64,000 nt of DNA. It comes from a virus (lineage: Duplodnaviria; Caudoviricetes). Location of the stretch: IMG/VR virus record IMGVR_UViG_3300028797_000093. One strand, 5' to 3'. Numbering within the stretch: position 1 is the first letter of the stretch; each line of letters opens with the position of its first letter. The translations under genes were made by a program, and so were the position numbers. Under the pieces are notes generated by a model. It worked only from the letters and a program-made list of their open reading frames with translations, was not told where the DNA came from and did no database searches. Positions 1 to 10,171 of the stretch are shown here, in pieces.

Positions 1-1676
1 GAATCCAAGATAATCATATCAGATTCAATGGAAGACTTAGCAGTACCATCACACTTACCAGTTCTCAGATTGAAAGGTTTATCATTCTCTTTGAGCATCT
101 TCTCAGCCATATCTTTATCCCATCCATTCATACTCTTTTCATAGAGTCTGATAATGAGATTATGATATGCATTATAGATTACTTTAAGAACATCCTTATC
201 AATTGTATATCCTTCTGTATAAGTTTTCTCTTCATTATCTTTGATCATATTTAGGGATACATCATATGCTTCATAGTTAGCAGCTCTACCAACACCATTG
301 ATAGCTGCAGATCTGGTATTGAGAACACTATCTTCTACAAGATCTCTAGCAGCATCCCTATCAGCAGGAGTAATACCACCAACTAAATATTCTACCATAT
401 TACCCTTAAGAGAATTTAATCTCCTCTTAAGATTACCGGTAATACTAATACCATCGCCTTCAGATTTAGATTTCTTAATCTCAGACTCCAAGAAGGTGAT
501 TAATGACTTATATAGTTCGCTATAACTTCCATCTTCATTCTTCATCATATCAGGATTGATGAACTTAGTCTTATTATTATCAATAACTACCTGCTCTGCA
601 TGTCCACACCATTCAGCAATATTATCCAGAGTAGGAGCTCTTCCATTCTCTATATCATTCTTCTGAATATTAGGATCAATATACTTTCTAATAGTCTTAC
701 CACCACAAAGATTGGCAATATCATAGAAAGTTTCCATATCACTTACATCATTAACAATACACAGAGGAGGTCTCTGTGCTGCAGGAACTTTACTAAACTC
801 AGTTACTACTGTATTCATGAATGCACTGAGATCTTTAGAGATATGAGGTGCAACAATTATAGTATTAACAACAGGCAGAGGCTGTTTTTGCATACCAGTA
901 TTTTTATCTTTAATTACAACTTGGAGAGGATTGAAAATATTCATAAAAATAATCCTATCCAAGAAATTAGCCATCTCTGGAGTATCAATAGGATCTTCAA
1001 AGAAATAGATATGAGCATCTCTAATATCACAGATATTCTTCTCAGAATTATTGATATAGCAACTATCTGAAAAACCATTATTAAGAGTAAGACCATCATA
1101 AATCTTAAGCTTGTTCTCAGGTCCATCAGAAATAGATACATCAATAAATACATCATTACCAAACTGCTCATAAATATTCTTGATATTAGCAGAGATTTCT
1201 TCATTACCATCACTGGAGATCATAGCAATATCATAGAAGTCTTTAAGTTCAGCAGGTTTTGCGTTCTTTTTGATTCCTTCTTTAATTTCTTCTACTACTC
1301 TCTTCAGAGAAGCTAGTACAGCAGAAGGATGATAATTCTCAAATACACCCTTATTGAGTTCTTGGAAGATATAGTTAGAAAGAAGTACAGCAGAAGTTGT
1401 ACCGTCACCTACAGTGGTGACAATATAACGAGTAATCCCTTCAATATCGTCTTTGATAGACTGCTCAATAATACCATGGTAATAAATACTCTTTAGAATA
1501 TTATAACCATCCTTGGTATATACAGGAAGAGCATTCTCTTTTTTGATACATGTAGTAGAACCATTAGGCCCAAAAGAATTAGATAGAACATCTGCTAAGT
1601 TCTCCAGAACAGCAGACTGTACTTCTCTCAATTCTTTAGCCGGTACTACATTAGATGCATATGTTAAAGTGGACAT
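1..1676 (-). CDS. Phage GroEL-like chaperonin (3' end runs off window)
   Basis: Not in ORF track. Manual translation from ATG at 1676 (GGAGG at 1684-1688): MSTLTYASNVV...LSNSFGPNGS...YTKDGYNIL...TTVGDGTTSAVLL, the GP.G, TKDG and GDGTTS chaperonin motifs. Confidence 0.9.
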   Translation of the reverse strand, partial: MSTLTYASNVVPAKELREVQSAVLENLADVLSNSFGPNGSTTCIKKENALPVYTKDGYNILKSIYYHGIIEQSIKDDIEGITRYIVTTVGDGTTSAVLLSNYIFQELNKGVFENYHPSAVLASLKRVVEEIKEGIKKNAKPAELKDFYDIAMISSDGNEEISANIKNIYEQFGNDVFIDVSISDGPENKLKIYDGLTLNNGFSDSCYINNSEKNICDIRDAHIYFFEDPIDTPEMANFLDRIIFMNIFNPLQVVIKDKNTGMQKQPLPVVNTIIVAPHISKDLSAFMNTVVTEFSKVPAAQRPPLCIVNDVSDMETFYDIANLCGGKTIRKYIDPNIQKNDIENGRAPTLDNIAEWCGHAEQVVIDNNKTKFINPDMMKNEDGSYSELYKSLITFLESEIKKSKSEGDGISITGNLKRRLNSLKGNMVEYLVGGITPADRDAARDLVEDSVLNTRSAAINGVGRAANYEAYDVSLNMIKDNEEKTYTEGYTIDKDVLKVIYNAYHNLIIRLYEKSMNGWDKDMAEKMLKENDKPFNLRTGKCDGTAKSSIESDMIILD

Positions 1677-1693
1677 ATGTTTACCTCCTATGA

Positions 1694-2416
1694 TTATTCT
1701 TTTATATTCATATCTTTATAAGCATTACAAATTTGGCAATTATTAGTATCACCAATATTGATGATAACTTGAGGTTTTAGTAAGAGCATATCTTTATCTT
1801 TATTATAGAATAGATTTTCTCTATAATTAAGAATTAGAAAACTCTTAGTTACTGGATCGTTGAATTTAAGAGCTAGATCTATATCATCCAATACAAATCT
1901 AGCATAATCTTTAGGATTAATATTCTCTATAGTATCTACAAATATAGATACTTGAGAACTATCTATTCTTAATGCATTCTCTGCAAAGTTTTTCTCTGTT
2001 TCATTTCTACAAAGTATAGAGCAACGTATATCTTTTCCTATAGTAGTATATGCATGTATTAGAGTAGACATTAATGTAACTGGAGATATCTCCAATAGAG
2101 TTATATACTTAGTTGTATCATTTACTATTTCATTATAGATATTATAAGCAGATTCTTGAGTCTCTGAAGAGAAGCAAGCTTTTATAATATCTATATCTTC
2201 ATATACATGTATTTTCTTTAACTCATCTACAGACTTACCTGTAAAATCGGTATTAATATATGGAGATCCATAATAGAATCTATCCATAAACTTTACAAAT
2301 CCAATCTTAGTATCTACTAATGAAGTAAATAGAAACAATATTCTATTAAATCCACTGGCATTATGATGAAATTCAGATTGACCTATAGGTCTCCATTGTA
2401 TACTATTCTCATCCAT
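1694..2416 (-). CDS. Hypothetical protein (240 aa)
   Basis: ORF with GAGG RBS, co-oriented with chaperonin; no motif recognised. Confidence 0.7.
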   Translation of the reverse strand: MDENSIQWRPIGQSEFHHNASGFNRILFLFTSLVDTKIGFVKFMDRFYYGSPYINTDFTGKSVDELKKIHVYEDIDIIKACFSSETQESAYNIYNEIVNDTTKYITLLEISPVTLMSTLIHAYTTIGKDIRCSILCRNETEKNFAENALRIDSSQVSIFVDTIENINPKDYARFVLDDIDLALKFNDPVTKSFLILNYRENLFYNKDKDMLLLKPQVIINIGDTNNCQICNAYKDMNIKE

Positions 2417-2506
2417 AATGGATTACCTCTCTTAATAAAAAATAAAAGGAGTGTGCTAATAAATAGAACACTCCTTTTATTATATGGTAAAAGTCCCTTC
2501 TATAAG

Positions 2507-3361
2507 TTAATCTAGAAGACCATCATCAATGTCATCTAGACTACTTAACTGATTATACTTATTAGCTCCTTCAAGAGCAGAGGAAGTGTTTCCTCCATTA
2601 TTATTATATCCATTATTACTACTGCTATTTCTACCATTGTTGTCAAAGAAAGATCCTGTTGATCTCTGGGATCTACCAGTATATTCAACACCTAGTTTAT
2701 TCATAATAGCATCAATCTTATTATTCATAGTATTCTCTCTATACTCATTTGCTTTACCAGCAGCTGCTGCATATGCATATGTAGAAGCATTGATAAAATT
2801 CTCCAGCATACAAAGAAGCTGCTCAATTTCCAGATTTCTATAAGAATCGAAATCTTTATCAAATCCTCTGATTTCATTATCACTAGCATCAAGATTAGTG
2901 ATAGCATAATGATAATCTATCTTGAACTCATAAGCATAAGTCTTCTGTACAGTTCCATCAGTTTGATCAATCTGACGAATAATCAAACAGGGATTAGTAG
3001 TACCATGTTGAGCTCCATTATTAAGAGTAACAACACCCTTAGTAGTATTTACACCACTGTTATTATATTTAACAGGGTCTTTCAGGAAGTTCTTAATTAC
3101 ATTAGCAAAGATTCTAGCCTTATCTGGAGTCAGAAAGATAACAGCAGAATCCATATCATCGAATACAATCTCATTATTTCCAGTATCTTTTCTATTAGTA
3201 ATCTTAATCTTTATCGTACTATTCCAATACTCATAGCTAATTCTAGTTTTATCAACAGTACTATCAGGATTAATGTATTTAATTGGAGTATAGGTAGTAC
3301 GACCTTTGTTTTGCTGTTGATTGTTGTTTCCTACGTTAAAATTGCTTCCGTTATAGGCCAT
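2507..3361 (-). CDS. Putative single-stranded DNA-binding protein
   Basis: Beta-rich core, N/G/S-rich linker and acidic tail (LSSLDDIDDGLLD), an SSB-like architecture; AAGGAG RBS. Function is inferred. Confidence 0.5.
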   Translation of the reverse strand: MAYNGSNFNVGNNNQQQNKGRTTYTPIKYINPDSTVDKTRISYEYWNSTIKIKITNRKDTGNNEIVFDDMDSAVIFLTPDKARIFANVIKNFLKDPVKYNNSGVNTTKGVVTLNNGAQHGTTNPCLIIRQIDQTDGTVQKTYAYEFKIDYHYAITNLDASDNEIRGFDKDFDSYRNLEIEQLLCMLENFINASTYAYAAAAGKANEYRENTMNNKIDAIMNKLGVEYTGRSQRSTGSFFDNNGRNSSSNNGYNNNGGNTSSALEGANKYNQLSSLDDIDDGLLD

Positions 3362-3497
3362 GCGAATAATCTCCTTTTTATATACAAAATATTTTTCATT
3401 CGCTATTAATTAGTTATAGTATGTATAAAATGATATTATTCAACTATTATTTAATTTAATTACCTAAAAACACTAGAATAAAGGAAGGTGAAATATA

Positions 3498-4115
3498 ATG
3501 GATGAGAATTATTCCTATATATATCCCACTATAGCTATTTGTATAGAAGATATTGATAGACTTGCAGGTAAAGAATATAAGTTTACAATCCCTTCTATTA
3601 ATTTTAATAAAAGCTCTTCAAGTGAAGATAAATCAGAAGAGAAGAATCAAGGTATTACCAATATTGCCAATGAAGATAATGTAAGTATTGGTAAAGTAGA
3701 GATTAATAACTATTTTATGATATATGTTCCAAATGAACTTATAGCTACTACTTATACGACTGTTGGTATGGATGGTACCCTTATAGGTGAAGGTCATAAT
3801 TATAGTGATATAAATTTTAAATCTGTGCAAAGTGGTAGTGGTAATGTAAATACAAAAATAGTAATTCCACCACATCCTATTTCATCATATACTATTACCA
3901 GTTTTATTATGAGTTTATTTAAAATTGGTAGTGGTAATATGAAGGGTATTAAACAAAATTATGATAGTTATAAAATCCATGCTAAAACTCCATCTTCTAA
4001 TCATGATATGAGTGTAATGCCATATGATAGATATATACCTAAAGGATCTAAATGGATTGTAGTATTTATAGATGGAGATCCTACTAAACCTGCTATTGTA
4101 GCAAGATATAGATAA
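3498..4115 (+). CDS. Putative baseplate spike/hub protein (gp5/VgrG OB-fold-like motif)
   Basis: C-terminal IPKGSKWIVVFIDGDPTKPAIV resembles the P..G..V.V.F..GD...P motif; late-type promoter at 3469-3480. Confidence 0.5.
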   Translation: MDENYSYIYPTIAICIEDIDRLAGKEYKFTIPSINFNKSSSSEDKSEEKNQGITNIANEDNVSIGKVEINNYFMIYVPNELIATTYTTVGMDGTLIGEGHNYSDINFKSVQSGSGNVNTKIVIPPHPISSYTITSFIMSLFKIGSGNMKGIKQNYDSYKIHAKTPSSNHDMSVMPYDRYIPKGSKWIVVFIDGDPTKPAIVARYR

Positions 4116-4142
4116 ATAAAAAGGATAAGGCCAATTAAGGCC

Positions 4143-4391
4143 TTATCCATTATATTTAGTATTCATAATAAATCTAATATAATTATCTATAGTATTCATA
4201 TACTTATCTCTGGAATCTATCTTAATATGATCAAACTCATAAAATTCTGATTGAGTGTAGAGTTCTTTGTTCTCTTTTATGATATATAATGGATTATCCA
4301 TTACGTCTATAGCTTTTATTTTATCCATTTGATTGGTTCTAATCATTTTAAATATAATAGTATCATAAGTATATTGAGCAAAGCCAGTCAT
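4143..4391 (-). CDS. Hypothetical protein (82 aa)
   Basis: ORF with AGGGG RBS, ends in a hairpin shared with the convergent gene. Confidence 0.6.
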   Translation of the reverse strand: MTGFAQYTYDTIIFKMIRTNQMDKIKAIDVMDNPLYIIKENKELYTQSEFYEFDHIKIDSRDKYMNTIDNYIRFIMNTKYNG

Positions 4392-4435
4392 AAATATCCC
4401 CTTTTATTTATATTAAATTTTTATTATTAAAATGT

Positions 4436-4540
4436 AATAAAGTGAATAGGTTACTAAAACTAGTAACCTATTCCTGGCTGTTCAAAAGAGAGGAAGCAAA
4501 TCTGAGAGGTACAGCATGTCAACTACCAAATTCAAAACCT
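4436..4540 (-). ncRNA. Candidate late small RNA 1
   Basis: AACA-N6-TA at 4551-4540 (minus) points into about 100 nt with no RBS-led ORF, ending at perfect hairpin 4444-4473; contains CTTCCTCTCTTTT. Confidence 0.4.
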
Positions 4541-4611
4541 ACTAATATGTTATAGAGTTCAACATTATTATTAAAAAATAATTTTACACATTTATGGGAG
4601 GATTTTAATAT

Positions 4612-5574
4612 ATGTTTAATAGTGATCTAATTGATCCACTGGAGATTGTGGATGTAGAGTATGAGGAAATTCCTAATACTACTAAAGATATGTTTGGAAT
4701 GGACTTTAGCTTCTTCCAAACAGACAAAGCAAAAATTACTCCAGCTGATGATGGAGTAACTAGTGCTGATAAACCTAAGAGAAAATATACCAAAAAAGAA
4801 AAAGATGGAACTATTACAGTTGCTGAAGTTCTTGATGCAAATGCTCCTGTAAGGAGTCAGTATGATGCAGCATTTGAAGATACTAATGTAGAACTTAGAA
4901 AAGCTATTGCCCAAACTGATATTCTTATTAATGAAATTAAAGAAGATATTGATAAGATAAGAGCAAGTTCTACTATTAAGAATAAGTATACATATACTAC
5001 TAATCTTACCACTAGTCAGAGTAATCTGATTGCTACTAAGATTCAAGCTATCAGAGAGCTCAATAATAGTAAAACAACTGCTCTTAAGATGGATCTTGAT
5101 AGGCAGAAACTCTTTAAAGAAGATGCCAGTAAACAGGACGATAATATGCGTATCATGGATCTATATAACGCATTTGTTAATGCTCCTGTTGGTGCATATA
5201 ATCCAAATCCAATGCCCAGTATGATTGATCTAACAGCATCTGCTACAGGTGGTGCTGGTGGTGATATTAAGTTTATGGGTGTTGATATTGATACAGATGA
5301 TCCTAAGATGCTGTCTCAACAGCAAATCACTATGAGAGCATCTGAAGATAGAAATCTTAAAACTGTAGTAAGATATAATGCAGAAACAGGTGCTAGAGTT
5401 TTTGATGTAGTAAATGTTCAAACTGGTGAATCTGTAGCAGGTGTTGAAAGACCTGATAGTTTCCTATTACAGGATACTACTCTAGATATTCAAAATAGAA
5501 TAGCAAAGAATAGAAATATTGGAGCTAATTGGGAACTAATTATTGAAGGAAACACTGCTCTAGATGAATATTAA
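4612..5574 (+). CDS. Hypothetical coiled-coil protein (320 aa)
   Basis: GGGAGG RBS, long helical middle region, followed by terminator. Confidence 0.75.
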   Translation: MFNSDLIDPLEIVDVEYEEIPNTTKDMFGMDFSFFQTDKAKITPADDGVTSADKPKRKYTKKEKDGTITVAEVLDANAPVRSQYDAAFEDTNVELRKAIAQTDILINEIKEDIDKIRASSTIKNKYTYTTNLTTSQSNLIATKIQAIRELNNSKTTALKMDLDRQKLFKEDASKQDDNMRIMDLYNAFVNAPVGAYNPNPMPSMIDLTASATGGAGGDIKFMGVDIDTDDPKMLSQQQITMRASEDRNLKTVVRYNAETGARVFDVVNVQTGESVAGVERPDSFLLQDTTLDIQNRIAKNRNIGANWELIIEGNTALDEY

Positions 5575-5576
5575 TA

Positions 5577-5620
5577 ATAGCTGTGCTCTCATCTTGGGAG
5601 CACAGCCTATTTTTTCTTTT
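5577..5620 (+). terminator. Intrinsic terminator immediately before cassette array 1
   Basis: GCTGTGCTCTC-atctt-GGGAGCACAGC stem followed by T tract. Confidence 0.8.
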
Positions 5621-6580
5621 TATTGTGATTATTTTACTCAACGTAGTGGTACAAATTATAGTCTTCGTGGTGGTGGATCTAATGATGGTGCTATTTGTGG
5701 AATTTTCTATATTGTTATTTACTACAGCTCCAGTGCTGCTAGTTGGCGTTCTGGCGCCTCCCTATCATTTAAACTATATATATTATTTTTATCAAAGTAG
5801 TGGTGCTCATTATTCTTATCGTGGTGGTAGCTCTGGTTATGGCTTTGCTTGTGGTTTCGCTTGTGTTGTTCTCGTTGCTGCATTTTCTGCTAGCTCTTGG
5901 GGCATTGGCGCTGCCCTATCATTTAAATAAGATAGTTATTATTGTGATTATTTTGGTCAAAGTAGTGGTGCTCATTATGTTCGTCGTGGCGGTCGCTGTA
6001 CTAATGGTTTCAATTGTGGTTTCGCTTATATTAGCCTTGGTGACGGCTTCGGAACGGCCAACTGGTACACAGGCGCCTCCCTATCATTTAAACCATATGT
6101 TTTTCTTTTTATTGTGATTATTTTACTCAAAGTAATGGTACCAGGTATTCTCTTCGTGGCGGTGCCTGTAGTTTTGGTTTTTATTGTGGTATTTTCTATG
6201 TTTACCTCGGCAGTAGCTCTGGTGCCGGCTGGAGCATTGGCGCTACCATATCATTTAAACCGGTCTTTTTTATTGTGATTATTTTGTTCAAAGTAGTGGT
6301 GCTCATTATTCTTATCGTGGTGGTAACTGTGCCCATGGTCTTAATTGTGGCATTTTCTATGTTAATGAATCGGCTGCTGCTAGCAATACCAACTGGTATC
6401 GTGGTGCCGCCCTATCATTTAAACCAATAAGTGATTATTTTTATCAAAGTAGTGGTACTCACTATAGTCTTCGTGGTGGTGCCTCTAGTAATGGCTTCTA
6501 TTGTGGCGTTTTCTTTGTTATTCTCAGCGCCGGCTCTGGTTATGCCAGCTGGTACATTGGCGCCGCCCTATCATTTAAAC
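5616..6580 (+). repeat. Array 1: six tandem DGR variable-region-like cassettes
   Basis: Units at about 5621, 5781, 5931, 6107, 6268, 6431. Each reads (YCD)YFxQxSGxxYxxRGGxxxxGxxCGxxxVxLxxxxxxxxWxxGAxLSFK and ends GG(C/T)GC...TATCATTTAAA. Units lie in different frames and have no RBS/ATG. Confidence 0.95.
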
Positions 6581-6586
6581 AAAAAA

Positions 6587-6630
6587 AAATAAAGGATTGG
6601 AGATTAGTCCAATCCTTTATTTATATTTTT
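6587..6630. terminator. Bidirectional terminator closing array 1
   Basis: AAATAAAGGATTGG-agattagt-CCAATCCTTTATTT inverted repeat flanked by A and T tracts. Confidence 0.8.
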
Positions 6631-7091
6631 TAGATAAGAGCTCTATATCCTTTTATAGATTCAGTATCATCTGGATCTACAGCTCCAGAGCAGAAAGTAT
6701 ATAATTGTCCTTTCTTATTATGTACCATAAAATACCACATACCAAGAGGATTCTTATACATCTCTTTCCAGAATTCTTCCAATTCATCAATTGTATCAAA
6801 TGTATAGTAATCTTTTATTCTGCTACAATCTGTATAATTGTCTGTAAATGTAAAGAACCAATCTTCACATGAAGTATCTTTTGCTTCATCGCTATCATCA
6901 GCAAATGCTATTAAGTATTTAAAATTATTATTAGAAAGAGTATAATCTATATCAGATTCTAGTGGACAATTACGATAATATTTTGTCACTAGTTTCTTCA
7001 TTCCATATAAATCAGTTTCAATACTAGTTTCAGGAGTTAATACAACACCTTTACCATAACAACAGTTCTTACATTTATAACTTTTCAACAA
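6630..7091 (-). CDS. Hypothetical protein (153 aa)
   Basis: TTG start with GGGAGG RBS directly after the polymerase stop codon. Confidence 0.7.
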   Translation of the reverse strand: MLKSYKCKNCCYGKGVVLTPETSIETDLYGMKKLVTKYYRNCPLESDIDYTLSNNNFKYLIAFADDSDEAKDTSCEDWFFTFTDNYTDCSRIKDYYTFDTIDELEEFWKEMYKNPLGMWYFMVHNKKGQLYTFCSGAVDPDDTESIKGYRALI

Positions 7092-7100
7092 TATCCTCCC

Positions 7101-7803
7101 TTATACATGTATCATATTACTATAGTTATTATTTACATTACCTCTAAAGATACCAATAGACTCTAGAGGGAATAGTGATACACAATCATTTATAATACTC
7201 TTATAATCAACAAATGGTAAAATCCATTTAGGAACTTCTTCAGATTCTGGTAGAGCCATAGCATCTATAGACCCAGCATAATCTTTAGTCCCCATAAGAT
7301 TAACCATCTTCATATATACTTCAGGATAAGTATCCTTGATAGCATCTACATTCTTTAGAGTAATATTAGTCTTAATAATATCTATAGTATTTCTTTGTTC
7401 CAGATTGATAGTACTCATACTATCATCTTTAATACTATTATAAGCTAAAGAAGATTTAATCCCTTGTATCCTCATAGGATCATCATAAGCTGCTAAAGAC
7501 TTAATCCTAGCAGGCTTATAGAACTTCTTTTCTCCATTCTGAATACTATCAAATATACCTTTCTCTACAATAGCTATATCTTTCAATACCTTAACTTGAT
7601 CAATCTCATCAGAGTTAAGAATATCTTCTAGCAATATAGTTTTAAGTTGTTCTCTTGTAGTAGCATTAGTAGTCGTTTTAACAAAACAAGGAATACCTTT
7701 AATATCTAATGCTTTTTCTCCTGGTACTATATTACCTTCTTGAAGTAATTGATAAGATGCATAATTCTTTTTAGCATTCTCCAGCAATAGTAACTTCTTA
7801 AAC
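7101..7803 (-). CDS. Family B DNA polymerase, polymerase-domain subunit, exon 2
   Basis: Continues exon 1 in frame after splicing: ...KNEFL/FKKLLLLENAKKNYAS...ALDIKG (PolB KK.Y and KG motifs). Confidence 0.9.
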
Positions 7804-8198
7804 CGCTTGTTCCCTATATTTTCATATAAGGGCAGACTATATCTTCATCTTAGTATCTGTTACCAATATCTAAGATGCCTCCCATTTCGAGATAACTATT
7901 ATAAAGATATCTCTACTCTACTCGGTTCTCATATATAGTATTTCTCTATATATTACCCTTTCGATAGTCGTTGAACCTGCTGTGTTATTTACACAGATTG
8001 GCTGCTGATTGCCCATTGATAATAGGTTTTAGGATTTCTCCATAACCCATCTCTCTACTTGTTTCTGCTTTTCAGCTCCATATAGGCTAGAGAGCTTTAG
8101 GGTGTCCCAGCAATTAAGGAGGTTTACATTCTAATGTCACCATTAGAAGTCCCAATATTCAAATTCAATGTTCTAATCGCATTGAATTGAATGCTTCT
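7804..8198 (-). ncRNA. Group I self-splicing intron, ORF-less (395 nt)
   Basis: Minus strand has P (AATTGCTGGGA), Q (AATCAGCAG), R (GTTCAACGACTA) and S (AAGATATAGTC) in order. The 5' exon ends in U, the intron ends in G, and removal restores the reading frame. Confidence 0.93.
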
Positions 8199-9556
8199 AG
8201 GAACTCGTTTTTCATATACATGAAGCAACTATGATTTTCTGGATTATAGCTATTACTATTCATGCTATATCTGATCATAAAATCATTAGTTATTTCTGTA
8301 ATTACATAACAGATTATATTTATAATAGAATATTTAAGATTATCTTGTGGAACAATCTTATTAGGAGTTATAGCTCTATCAATCTCTATAACTTCATCAT
8401 GCTCGAAATCATAATCTTTAGTATATATTTTAGTAACTTCATCTGTATCCATATTGAGTTCCATCTCCATGATAGGATACTCAAGTCCAGAATTCAGTAC
8501 TTTATCTAGAATAAATCTATACCAACCATCAAGAGATAGAATACAAGAATCAGTATCATTAATAAGTGCTACACTTCTAATAAGAGACTCCATCTTCTCT
8601 GTTCTATCTATATGCTGATGATCATAATATACATATTCTCTTAATAGATTAGAGAATACTTTAAGCTCTTCTTTAATTTCATCTGGTACTTTATTAGGAT
8701 TTACAAAAGGAGCACTAAGTTTCTGTAAAATATAGAGAATAGATCTCAATACTTTACTATTTCTCTCTATAAAAGCAAATAGGTTATTCTTATAATAAAG
8801 TCTATTAAGATCTGTAGGAGATAGACCTGTAAGAATATTCCAAATGATCTGTAGATCTTTCTCATCAGGAAGATATCCAAATCCTATAGATTTTACTATA
8901 TGATAGAAAGTATCATCTATAGATACATCTCCATCAAGAATCTCATAATCAGAGAAGTATCTCTCTTCAGTAATTACATGATTAATGAAAGTGATCACTT
9001 CATTAAGAGAAGAGAATGGTACATTATTATTCAGGAAAGATTCAAACAATAGAGTTGCAGAAGATATAAGATTTCTACCTTCAGTAGTAATAGAAGTCGC
9101 TACGTGAAGATTATAATAGATACAAGAGAACTTACCCAATGCACCATAGAATGCATTAGCATCTATCTTATCCAGTAGCTGTAATAGATTATATCTCTCA
9201 AAATCTTCAGAACCTTTTTCATATTGGAACATTTGTTTCTTATGGATACTTCTATTATCCAAGAACTTCTTGACCATTTCTATAGTAGGATTTGGAACAG
9301 TACCATGCCTACTAAACATAACCCCATAATGAGTTATGATAGGTCTTCTATCATTGATATATTCTACAATATCTTTTAGAGTAGTACTGATAATTTGCTT
9401 CTTATAATTATTATTAATTCTAGCAGGATGATTGGTCTGTCTTTTATCAATAGACCAATTTATAGCTTCTTCAATTTCAGGAACTGTAAGCATCGGAAAA
9501 CTTAGTTTTAGCATTCGTCTAGATATATCTTTATAATCTCTATAAATATCTTCCAT
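8199..9556 (-). CDS. Family B DNA polymerase, polymerase-domain subunit, exon 1
   Basis: Motif B KIDANAFYG and motif C NDTDS; no exonuclease domain (split polymerase as in phiKZ-like phages); spliced product 686 aa. Confidence 0.9.
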
Positions 9557-9723
9557 AGTTTCCTCCCTAAGGAATATATTATTTCTTTCTCTTTTAATAT
9601 AAAGTTTTAAGATATATAAATAATCAAATATATACTATCTAGTCAAAAAGAATTTAATGACTTCATATAACAACATAAAAGTAAATATATCTAATACAAT
9701 CTATACAGGAGGATTAATATAAA

Positions 9724-10128
9724 ATGTCTATTTTTGGAAAGAAGGATGATACCATGAGTGGAAAGCTGAAGAATCCCAATGCTCTTCGTGAAGCTTATCT
9801 ATATGAATATCTAACTGCAAGAGGACAGGAGAAGAAGTTTGTAGACTCTCCAGAAGCATCTGTAATGAAGGAAGAAGGAATGATTACAGATGAACTAATT
9901 GAGAGACTTTCTGCTGCTAAAGCAAATAATAAGAATCTAGAAATGACTGTTCTTCATCTTGCTAAGGCAGAAGATGATCCTCTATTTGATCGTCTTGTAG
10001 CAGCTAGAGCTGAAGAGAGAAATATCATGAATGAACTGATTGCTAAATATCAGGAGTCTGCTGTAGAACTTACTGATAAGTATGTGGATAAGTTCCTGAA
10101 TCAGGAGCTTCCTAAAGAATTTAAATAA
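9724..10128 (+). CDS. Hypothetical protein (134 aa), late-type promoter
   Basis: AGGAGG RBS; AACA-N6-TA at 9672-9683; terminator hairpin at 10144-10169. Confidence 0.75.
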   Translation: MSIFGKKDDTMSGKLKNPNALREAYLYEYLTARGQEKKFVDSPEASVMKEEGMITDELIERLSAAKANNKNLEMTVLHLAKAEDDPLFDRLVAARAEERNIMNELIAKYQESAVELTDKYVDKFLNQELPKEFK

Positions 10129-10171
10129 AATAATAATAATATAGAGGTAGGTCTATAAAGATCTACCTCCT

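Noticed and set aside
298-1746. Short track ORFs at the window start
   Set aside because: They are shadows of the minus-strand chaperonin, which the track missed because it runs off the edge.
5564-6117. Hydrophobic ORFs over the arrays (also 10278-11012 and 61422-62243) as membrane proteins
   Set aside because: They are off-frame or chimeric read-throughs of the cassettes (VVVLIIL.../PYHLN), lack RBSs and change frame between units.
5616-6580. CRISPR array interpretation of the repeats (also arrays 2 and 3)
   Set aside because: The sequences between the constant ends are homologous to each other with codon-patterned variation, not unique spacers; the period is about 140-165 bp and there are no cas genes in the window.
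7101-7787. Independent gene starting at TTG 7787
   Set aside because: No RBS; better explained as exon 2 of the intron-split polymerase.
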